In this document: piece by piece, positions 18,993 to 26,824 of the stretch
Layout of the letters: each line of letters opens with the position of its first letter
How positions within the stretch are numbered: the first letter of the stretch is position 1
DNA from: an uncultured Candidatus Bathyarchaeia archaeon
GTDB lineage: Archaea; Thermoproteota; Bathyarchaeia; Bathyarchaeales; Bathyarchaeaceae
Assembly: GCA_964347145.1 (NCBI GenBank)
Contig: CAYFXU010000002.1
Span: 1-49,227 of the forward strand
Length of the DNA stretch: 49,227 bases
Direction of reading: 5' to 3'
Made by a program: the position numbers and the translations under genes
The notes under the pieces: model-generated
Told to the model about the DNA's origin: nothing
Seen by the model: only the letters and a program-made list of their open reading frames with translations
Databases searched by the model: none

Positions 18993-19433
18993 TTAACGCA
19001 TCGGCTTCTCTTTCTTGCCGAGAACTAGTTCCTTGAGAGAGACACCGTTGACCGTGATGACTTTCCATCGAACTCCAGGGATATCACCCATGCTTCTACC
19101 GCGGGAACCGCCAATTCCTTCTACTATCACCTCATCGTGTTCGTCAACCATATTGAGGGCTCCGTCTCCAGGAAGAAAGGCGGTTATGGCCCTGCCATTT
19201 TTGATGAGCTGAGTTCTCACGCATTTCCTAATCGCGCTGTTCGGTTGCTTGCTTTCAACGCCAACCTTCTCCAGAACGATTCCACGAGCCATGGGAGCTC
19301 CTTGTAACGGATCAGATTTAACGTCCAGTCTGAGCATTCGGCGTTTGTAGTAGACGTCACTCCACCTGAACTTTTTCCTCTTTTCAAGGAGCTTTCTTGC
19401 GGCGAGTTCGCCCTTCGGTGACTTCGAACCCAT
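18993..19433 (-). CDS. rps12: 30S ribosomal protein S12 (uS12)
   Basis: 146 aa with [30 protein letters not shown] and [10 protein letters not shown]. Confidence 0.95.
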   Translation of the reverse strand: MGSKSPKGELAARKLLEKRKKFRWSDVYYKRRMLRLDVKSDPLQGAPMARGIVLEKVGVESKQPNSAIRKCVRTQLIKNGRAITAFLPGDGALNMVDEHDEVIVEGIGGSRGRSMGDIPGVRWKVITVNGVSLKELVLGKKEKPMR

Positions 19434-19669
19434 ACCTTTCTGTCCTCTAGCTACGTTATTTTGTAGTTCTAATATTTAAACAGTCTAGATTAGAAACTCG
19501 CATAAATATGAGAATTGTGGCGACGCTGTTGTTTTCGCTTGAGCGTCCTAGTCTCTATCATTTTTTCGCATCTTCTCAACCAATCTACAGTGATCATCCT
19601 TTGGGGACGCGGGCTCATAGAAGACATGCGTAAAAAAAGAAGGGAGTTATGTTGAAAACACCAACGACA

Positions 19670-20623
19670 TCAGCTTGTGGGGATAGAGATTAGATATGGA
19701 ATGTCTTCGCTTGTTATGAACACGTCAATGTCAGGTGCTATTTGCTTGAGCGTTTCGACCCATAGGTAGAGTTCTGCGATTCTTGTGGCGTTTGTGGGAT
19801 CTCCGCCCGAAGCAACGAGAATTAACTCAATTGCTTCCCTTGTCCCATTCGCAACTAAGATTTTTGCTTCAGCCTCAGCGTTCGCTTCTATTATCACTTG
19901 TTGAGCAGTGGCGTTGGCAAGTATGATGATTTTTTCCCTCTCAAATTCCGCCTGGATTTTCTGTTGTTCTGCAACCAACTTATCCTCGATGGCGGATGTG
20001 TACTTCTCAGGATAACCTATGTTTCTCAATTCAAACTCGAAACTGGTTATCGCACCGGCTAAGGAGGCCTCTGTGCTCAGTTTGCTCCATATTGCATCTC
20101 TAATGGTTTGCGCCACAAGATCTCTTTGTTCGATCGTTTGGATGCTAGTAAACTCTTTTGTAACCAGCCTGATCTGTTCTCTCGCAATAGATGCTATCAC
20201 ATCGTTTTTCCAGTTCTTCTGCGGAAGGCTTTGATACAGCTCTTTAAGCTTGGAAACGTCCAGTCTCCATCTCAGCATAATATCCACTGCCATCTCTAGT
20301 TGGTCCTTGGAGAAGCACATGACGGTTGGCAGGTCTGCAGTGGGATCTGTCCCGTCCCCCCACATCCCCAAAGTGTCGGTGGCAACAATGATATCTACTG
20401 ATTGAACCCACGGAGCTTTCACTATCCATGTTGGTCCGATTTTTGGTTCGCTCACGGTTTTGGCCCAAGGATCGACGAGAACCGCGGCGTGTCCAACACG
20501 GACGCTGGCAAACATGGTTAAAGCAAACAATACGGTGAACAAGACCAATCCTATCAACAGGATGACCATAACCAAGCCGAAGGCTCGCTTCAACAGCTTT
20601 GGTTTTCCTTCTTCATAAGTCAT
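19670..20623 (-). CDS. SPFH/Band-7 (stomatin/prohibitin-like) membrane protein
   Basis: 317 aa. An N-terminal TM helix is followed by an SPFH domain and an A/E/Q-rich coiled coil (AEQQKIQAEFEREKIIILANATAQQVIIEANAEAEAKILVA). Confidence 0.85.
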   Translation of the reverse strand: MTYEEGKPKLLKRAFGLVMVILLIGLVLFTVLFALTMFASVRVGHAAVLVDPWAKTVSEPKIGPTWIVKAPWVQSVDIIVATDTLGMWGDGTDPTADLPTVMCFSKDQLEMAVDIMLRWRLDVSKLKELYQSLPQKNWKNDVIASIAREQIRLVTKEFTSIQTIEQRDLVAQTIRDAIWSKLSTEASLAGAITSFEFELRNIGYPEKYTSAIEDKLVAEQQKIQAEFEREKIIILANATAQQVIIEANAEAEAKILVANGTREAIELILVASGGDPTNATRIAELYLWVETLKQIAPDIDVFITSEDIPYLISIPTS

Positions 20624-20790
20624 GTTATCACCTCCTCGACCTTTCTGATCGTTATCCGAACTGTTTCTTTGGGATCTACGAGGCTTCGTATCGACCTAGG
20701 TATCGAGAATCGGTAGTCCACTCCTATAGTTGTTTCCAAGATTATGGTTTCACCGTTCGCCTTCAAGATTTTCACTTTGCCTCGTGGCAT
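20620..20790 (-). CDS. Small SpoVT/AbrB-like protein, translationally coupled to the SPFH gene
   Basis: The ATG at 20790 is preceded by GGTGG; the track start at 20811 is a GTG. The product is 56 aa. DYRFSIPRSIRSLVDPKETVRITI fits the AbrB/SpoVT consensus. Its stop overlaps the SPFH start (ATGA). Confidence 0.45.
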   Translation of the reverse strand: MPRGKVKILKANGETIILETTIGVDYRFSIPRSIRSLVDPKETVRITIRKVEEVIT

Positions 20791-20893
20791 ATATATTCCA
20801 CCTTTCGCCACATAAAATAGCTTGTAAATGGAATATATAAACCTTATGTATGCCTATCAGCTTCAGGCAAAGCAAGAAACAGCACGCGCAATT

Positions 20894-21223
20894 CTATATC
20901 CGCCTTTTATGCAATCTTTCTTGCTTTTCTTTCTTTTGCTTTTTGAGAAAATACCACACTAACCATGTGATGATGAAGATGGGGAGGATGTCTGCACCTG
21001 GAACTAGCTCTAACAAAGATACAAATCCTATCCAGCGGAACATCGCAAGGCAAGCGATAATTCCAACCACATCAAGCATGTCCCCTACTAAAGGCAAGAG
21101 CAAAACTGCCGCCACATACTCGCTGACGTCCAACACTATGCAAAGTATGAGCGAAAACAATTCAACTTCGCTAAGGACAAAATATTTTGGTAGAGGCTTG
21201 AACTCTCTGTTCCGTTCTTCCAA
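20894..21223 (-). CDS. Small hypothetical membrane protein (3 predicted helices, lysine-rich tail)
   Basis: 109-aa ORF with hydrophobic segments and a basic C-terminus (KKQKKEKQERLHKRRI). No family recognised. Confidence 0.45.
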   Translation of the reverse strand: MEERNREFKPLPKYFVLSEVELFSLILCIVLDVSEYVAAVLLLPLVGDMLDVVGIIACLAMFRWIGFVSLLELVPGADILPIFIITWLVWYFLKKQKKEKQERLHKRRI

Positions 21224-21456
21224 ATCCTTCTCCTCTTAACGTGCGCCTGAAGTGTGGAGTGCGCACTGTATCCTTTCTTGGTTACGCATCCTCCCTAAGA
21301 AATTTTATGGTGGTTTCTGACTTAGAGTTTGCGCGTGCGCATTCGATACATTGGATCAGGTGAAGTTACGCACTCCAGAAGTTTCTTTCAAAAGTTTTTT
21401 TAACTTTTGTTTGTAGATATAGTTATCGTCAGATAACGAGAAAGGGGTGATGAAAT

Positions 21457-21900
21457 ATGAAGAAACTCTTGATGTTCACTTTGATACCCTTAGTACTATC
21501 TGTAATAGCAGTTTCTTCAGTGGCGGCAATCGGACCCCAAAAGGCGCAAAAGAACCCATACCTCGCGGTTATGCCTGAGGGAGTCGCCCTTCGCCTTCCA
21601 GGTGGAGTTCAGCAGGAATGGGTTGCGGACGCCAGAATCAGTCTAATTGACTTCATGCATTTGCTTGATCCGTCAAAACATAAAATCCGCAAGGCCATTC
21701 TCCCTACCTTCGAGGAGTTGAAAGCAATGTTTACTGATCCTGAGGCCGCAGTTGAAGTTGAAAATAAGTGGGGCTACATAAGTCATGACATTCTTGTTGA
21801 GATACTTACTTGGATGGGGTATCCAGAAGAGGAAGTCGATGCAATTGCAGCGATGTGGCCAATAGGAGTTTACATAATGTTCCTGAATGTGGGTAAGTAG
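21457..21900 (+). CDS. Hypothetical secreted protein
   Basis: 147 aa with a signal-peptide-like N-terminus (MKKLLMFTLIPLVLSVIAVSSVAA). GAAAGGGGTGATGAAAT lies upstream of the ATG and an oligo-T tract follows the stop. Confidence 0.55.
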   Translation: MKKLLMFTLIPLVLSVIAVSSVAAIGPQKAQKNPYLAVMPEGVALRLPGGVQQEWVADARISLIDFMHLLDPSKHKIRKAILPTFEELKAMFTDPEAAVEVENKWGYISHDILVEILTWMGYPEEEVDAIAAMWPIGVYIMFLNVGK

Positions 21901-22007
21901 AAACCACACCATTCTTTTCTCCTCTCCCTTTTTTCTGCGCGCGCTGCAAAATTGGATGCAGACGAAGGGATTGTCCGTCAAAAAACCATCAAAGTAACAA
22001 CTAAATA

Positions 22008-22025
22008 CATATGCGCGCGCATATG
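22008..22025. repeat. Perfect 18-bp palindrome CATATGCGCGCGCATATG in the intergenic region upstream of the dehydratase/lplA genes
   Basis: Read directly from the sequence; the reverse complement is identical. It is built on a GCGCGCGC core that recurs at 21937..21944 and 32754..32761. Confidence 0.9.
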
Positions 22026-22183
22026 AAGGCGCCTCGCTTCTTCTCTTGGGAATCTTTCACGACTAGAAAAAGGGGGAATTTGTTGGGAATGTCTTCATAC
22101 ATCTCTTATTTAAACAGATACAATTTAAACTTTGGAGACGTACGTTAGAACGGTTGTAGATCTAGAATCAAGGGTGGCATGAA

Positions 22184-22501
22184 ATGTCTGCCGAGGCTAT
22201 TGTGATGAATCCCAAGGACAATGTCGCGACGCTACTTTCTGATGCGAAGGCAGGCGCCATTGTCGTCGCTCGCTCCGTTGGCGGAGATGTAGTGAAGGAA
22301 ATGAAGGCGACGCAGCCTGTACCTTTCGGACATAAGATAGCGATTGGAAAAATAGCGAAGAATGAAATGGTCTTGAAGTATGGAGAGGTCATTGGAGAAG
22401 CGACAAAACCTATCAAAAAGGGTGAACACGTACACGTTCACAACGTTGGGAGCCTGAGGGTCGCAGAGAGACAAAGATCTAGTGCAGGAGGAATCACATG
22501 A
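22184..22501 (+). CDS. UxaA/SuyA-type dehydratase small subunit (SAF domain)
   Basis: 105 aa. NPKDNVATLLSDAKAGAIV...FGHKIAIGKIAKNEMVLKYGEVIG is typical of the SAF-domain N-terminus of altronate dehydratase or the sulfolactate sulfo-lyase alpha subunit. Its stop overlaps the next start (ATGA). Confidence 0.75.
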   Translation: MSAEAIVMNPKDNVATLLSDAKAGAIVVARSVGGDVVKEMKATQPVPFGHKIAIGKIAKNEMVLKYGEVIGEATKPIKKGEHVHVHNVGSLRVAERQRSSAGGIT

Positions 22502-23673
22502 GTTTTTTGGGATACAGACGGCCAGACGGTTCCGTGGGAGTTCGCAATCACGTTGCCATAATATCCACAGTGACATGCGCCAACGAGGTTGTATCAAGGA
22601 TCGCGAATCAGGTCAAGGGAACAGTTCCTGTCACCCACAACATGGGATGCGGACACTACGCCTTTACACCGCTTCGTCCACTAGCAGGGTTAGGGAAGAA
22701 TCCTAACGTTGCGGCTGTCTTGGTGGTTGGTCTAGGATGCGAGGTGGTCTCCGCAAAAATTTTGGTTGAAGAAATCGAGAAATCCAATAAACCAGTTGCG
22801 AGCATCGTAATACAAGACCTTGGAGGCACAATCAAAGCGACAAAACAGGGAGTTAAGATCATCAAAAGTATGGCGCAGAGAGTTTCTCGGCTGAAAAGGG
22901 AGCCCTTTGATCTGAGCAACCTGACATTAGGTTTGGAGTGCGGGGGTTCGGACGCCACCTCAGGGATAGTGGCGAATCCTGCCGTTGGAAGAGTGGCAGA
23001 CATGGTAGTGAAGGCTGGAGGGAAGGCGATACTTGCTGAAACCGTGGAGTTGATAGGCGCGGAGCATGTGTTGGCGAGAAGGGCAGTCAACGAGAAAGTG
23101 GCAGAGGAGATTGTTGAAGTTATCCGCCGAATGGAGGAGCGGATGATCAAGTCCTTAAACTTGCCCGTAGACCTGATTACCCCTGGGAACATTGAGGGAG
23201 GTCTATCAACTCTAGAGGAAAAGTCGTTAGGAGACAGTTACAAGGCTGGTTCCTTTCCTATACAAGGAATGTTGGAGTATGCTGAGACTCCAACCAAGAA
23301 GGGTCTCTTCATCATGGACGAACCAGGATATGATCCCGAATCCGTGACCGGAATCGTCGCAGCTGGAGCGCAGATTGTGGTCTTCACAACGGGGAGGGGC
23401 ACACCTCTTGGCTCGGCTGTGGCACCTGTGATTAAGATTACTGGAAATCCCAGGACCTATAAGACTATGAACGACAACATCGACATCAACGCCGGCACAG
23501 TTATTGAGGGCAAGGAAACAATTGAAGAGGTGAGCAGGCGCATATTTGAAAAGGTCTTGAAGGTGGCGAGTGGAGAGAAAACTAAAGCCGAGGTTCTAGG
23601 TCATACAGAACTTGCCCTACACTGGTCCTGGCCTATACCCGAAAAACTTGAGGAAAGGATATCTATACGCTGA
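22498..23673 (+). CDS. UxaA/SuyB-type dehydratase large subunit
   Basis: 391 aa with GYRRPDGSVGVRNHVAIIST, GLGCE, ECGGSDATSG and TTGRGTP, as in the UxaA C-terminal domain. Confidence 0.8.
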   Translation: MSFLGYRRPDGSVGVRNHVAIISTVTCANEVVSRIANQVKGTVPVTHNMGCGHYAFTPLRPLAGLGKNPNVAAVLVVGLGCEVVSAKILVEEIEKSNKPVASIVIQDLGGTIKATKQGVKIIKSMAQRVSRLKREPFDLSNLTLGLECGGSDATSGIVANPAVGRVADMVVKAGGKAILAETVELIGAEHVLARRAVNEKVAEEIVEVIRRMEERMIKSLNLPVDLITPGNIEGGLSTLEEKSLGDSYKAGSFPIQGMLEYAETPTKKGLFIMDEPGYDPESVTGIVAAGAQIVVFTTGRGTPLGSAVAPVIKITGNPRTYKTMNDNIDINAGTVIEGKETIEEVSRRIFEKVLKVASGEKTKAEVLGHTELALHWSWPIPEKLEERISIR

Positions 23674-23702
23674 TGGCTAAACAAACATGAACACATGTAG
23701 TA

Positions 23703-24512
23703 GTGGACAGTGAAATGGACGTTTGGAGACTTCTCAAACTAGAAACTCAAGATGCTTTCACAAACATGGCCATCGATGAGGCTATTCTAACGGCTAGAAT
23801 CGCTGGGAAAGTGCCCAACACCCTCCGCTTTTACAGATGGAAACCCTCGGCCGTGTCCATAGGCCGCTTTCAAAGACTTTTCGAGGAAGTTCACGTGGAA
23901 AACTGCAAAAAACACGGCGTGGACATCGTGAGAAGAATTACGGGTGGAGGAGCAGTGTACCACGACTTTGATGGGGAAATAACGTACAGCGTGGTCACTG
24001 ATGGAAAGGATTTGGGATACGCTGACATGGATATCATCTCGGCTTACAAGATAATATGCAGCGGGCTTGTTGAGGCTGTTAAAATCCTTGGAGCAACCGC
24101 AGAATTCAACCATCTCGACCAGAAACAGTGCCCCAATATATCCGTAAAGGGAAGGAAAATATCTGGAAGCGCTCAATCCTACAAGAGGGGCATGCTTCTT
24201 CAGCACGGAACATTTCTTGTGGACATGGATCACGAAAAGATGTTTACTTTTCTCAAGGTTCCGTGGGCCAAGACCTTGTTGGATGTATTGAAAGTATCAA
24301 AGAAAAAGTTGACGTCTGCCAAGCAGGAACTTGAATCGCAGATGTCCATGGAAAAGGCATACCAGGCTTTGGTTAGAGGATTCGAGAAGGCATTGAAAAT
24401 ACAGCTTGTAGAGGAAGAACTTACGAGTCACGAGTGCAAACTCGCTGAAAAACTTCGTATTAATAGGTTTTCATCTGCCGATTGGAATTATAACGGTAAA
24501 ATGGCTGTCTGA
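23703..24512 (+). CDS. lplA: Lipoate-protein ligase A, catalytic domain only
   Basis: 269 aa with FTNMAIDEAIL, LRFYRWKPSAVSIGRFQ, RRITGGGAVYHD and KGRKISGSAQ. The track start is a GTG and an ATG at 23715 is also possible. It is shorter than the two-domain E. coli LplA. Confidence 0.85.
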   Translation: MDSEMDVWRLLKLETQDAFTNMAIDEAILTARIAGKVPNTLRFYRWKPSAVSIGRFQRLFEEVHVENCKKHGVDIVRRITGGGAVYHDFDGEITYSVVTDGKDLGYADMDIISAYKIICSGLVEAVKILGATAEFNHLDQKQCPNISVKGRKISGSAQSYKRGMLLQHGTFLVDMDHEKMFTFLKVPWAKTLLDVLKVSKKKLTSAKQELESQMSMEKAYQALVRGFEKALKIQLVEEELTSHECKLAEKLRINRFSSADWNYNGKMAV

Positions 24513-24538
24513 TCGCTAGATGAAACTCGATAGTTTCT

Positions 24539-26593
24539 CTATAGCAGAGCGTACATTACAATAAGGGGAGCGAACACCGAAGCGACGAGAGACATCACCG
24601 TTATCATTGTGTTCAGCGACGGTCCCGCTGTATCTTTGAATGGGTCACCTACTGTATCGCCTATAACCGCAGCCTTATGGGGATCTGAACCCTTACCACC
24701 AAACGCCCCTGCCTCAATGTATTTTTTGGCATTGTCCCAGAGTCCACCAGAGTTCGCCATCAACAAGGCAAAGATCAAACCAGAAAATATGCTACCGCCT
24801 AAATATCCGCCAAGGGCTTCTATGCCCCCAACGAAGCCCACAACCAAGGTAACAACGATAGATAGGACGCTGGGAAGAATCAGTTCCTTCAAGGCTCCTA
24901 TTGTGGCAATATCTACGCACTTTGCATAGTCTGGCTTTACTCCCTCCTTGCCTTCCTTTAGACCAGGGATTTCTCTGAACTGCCTTCTGACTTCTTCGAT
25001 CATTCTAAAGGCGTTTTTACCGACGCCGAGCATCACCATCGCGGAAAACAATGGTGGCATTGCAATACCTATCAGAGCGCCTGTCAAAACTAGTGGTTCC
25101 ATTAAATCAAAACCAGCTGCCCCTGAGATTTCTTGAAAGGCAGCAAGCAATGCAAGCACCGTTAGTCCAGCAGCTCCTATTGCAAATCCTTTTGTTATGG
25201 CCTTGGCAGTGTTTCCCGCAGCGTCCAGTTTATCTGCAATGTCGATTACCTCCTCTTCCAGTCCTGACTGCTCTGCTATTCCTTTTGAGTTGTCGACAAT
25301 TGGACCATAGGCGTCGCCAGCAACGATCATTCCGACGATGGACAACATTCCAACCGCGGCGATGCCGACTCCATACACTCCAGCTAAACCGTAAGCAGCT
25401 GCGGCTGCGATGCCTATGCCGAGAAGAGGTGGGAACATGCTCACTAGGCCGTAGGAAAAACCAGTTATTATATTGATGGCTGCCCCTGTTTGAGAAGCTT
25501 CAGCGGTTCTTATTGCTGGAGCTCTGTCTATGGAAGTGAAGTAGTCTGTTGTGATGCCAATTACGATGCCAGCGACTAGCCCGACTACCAGAGCACCCCA
25601 CACCTGTAATGGCTGTAGGGAAGATTCGAGATTTCTCTGGACCCAAGTTTCAATATCCTGCTGAAGATAGAGAGTTACGAATAACGTCATGGCAATGAAG
25701 ATGCCACAAGTTATGTATGTCCCCCAGTTAAGCGCTTTTCCAGGATTGCCTTTCTTACCAACTCTCACAATAGCAACGCCTAGGATCGAGGCCAAGATTC
25801 CTAGCCCAGCAAATATCAGTGGCAAATTGACAAAATGATTATCAAAGGATGAAATTCCCGGTGCAAGACCTGCTGCCAATATCATTACCGCTACGATGCT
25901 GGCAACATAAGAGTCGAACAAGTCGGCGCCCATGCCTGCCACATCACCGACATTGTCGCCAACATTGTCTGCTATTACCGCCGGATTTCTGGGGTCGTCT
26001 TCGGGGATATTCATTTCTACTTTGCCCACAAGGTCAGCGCCTACGTCAGCGGTTTTCGTGTATATGCCTCCACCCGCCTTTGCAAAAAGAGCCCAGGCGC
26101 TTGCACCGAAGCTGAAGCCGAGAACTATTTCTGGATCGCCGGTGAGGTAGTAGACAACGCTTATTCCAAGGAGGGCCAGTCCAACCACAGATAGGCCCAT
26201 AACGGCTCCTCCTCGAAACGCTATTGGAAACGCCTTGTTCAGCCCTTCTTTTGCTGCATGGGCTGATCGTACGTTTGCCTTTAAAGCCACTACCATTCCG
26301 AAGTACCCAGCTAAGCCAGAACAGATTGAACCAAAAATGTATGCTACTCCCATAGTGGGACCGTTGGGAAGAAAGATTGCCAGGACTGTAGCTACGGCTG
26401 CAACGAAGACTGCAAGGTAAATGAATTCTCTTCTCAGAAAGGCGTTGGCGCCTTCTTGTATCGCTCCAGCAATTTCGCGCATCTTCGCGGTTCCGCTATC
26501 TTGTCTATTCACGTAGCCAAAGAGGTATGTTGCAGCTACGATTGAAACTAAAGCTGCGAGAGGCGCAATCATCCATAGTTCCATTCCAACCAC
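24539..26593 (-). CDS. hppA: Membrane-bound proton-translocating pyrophosphatase, K+-independent-type signature
   Basis: 684 aa with about 15 TM helices. Motifs are [21 protein letters not shown] and [31 protein letters not shown] has Lys at the position that distinguishes K+-independent enzymes. Confidence 0.95.
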   Translation of the reverse strand: MVGMELWMIAPLAALVSIVAATYLFGYVNRQDSGTAKMREIAGAIQEGANAFLRREFIYLAVFVAAVATVLAIFLPNGPTMGVAYIFGSICSGLAGYFGMVVALKANVRSAHAAKEGLNKAFPIAFRGGAVMGLSVVGLALLGISVVYYLTGDPEIVLGFSFGASAWALFAKAGGGIYTKTADVGADLVGKVEMNIPEDDPRNPAVIADNVGDNVGDVAGMGADLFDSYVASIVAVMILAAGLAPGISSFDNHFVNLPLIFAGLGILASILGVAIVRVGKKGNPGKALNWGTYITCGIFIAMTLFVTLYLQQDIETWVQRNLESSLQPLQVWGALVVGLVAGIVIGITTDYFTSIDRAPAIRTAEASQTGAAINIITGFSYGLVSMFPPLLGIGIAAAAAYGLAGVYGVGIAAVGMLSIVGMIVAGDAYGPIVDNSKGIAEQSGLEEEVIDIADKLDAAGNTAKAITKGFAIGAAGLTVLALLAAFQEISGAAGFDLMEPLVLTGALIGIAMPPLFSAMVMLGVGKNAFRMIEEVRRQFREIPGLKEGKEGVKPDYAKCVDIATIGALKELILPSVLSIVVTLVVGFVGGIEALGGYLGGSIFSGLIFALLMANSGGLWDNAKKYIEAGAFGGKGSDPHKAAVIGDTVGDPFKDTAGPSLNTMITVMSLVASVFAPLIVMYALL

Positions 26594-26824
26594 ACCCGAT
26601 GCGTAGACTTATTGAACACAACGTGGACATCTTAAGTTTTTCGCCGAATTTTTAGCAGTATCTAATTTATAAAGTTGTTTTACATCTTATGCAACTCTTC
26701 ATTACCAACTTTTGACAGCTGCGAAGAAAACAACAAATAAATTGAAAGAAACGCTTTTTAGGAGCAAGATTTCTTTAAGGTGCTAAATACGAAATTATAA
26801 GGTTGGTTAATACAGGCGATTAAC

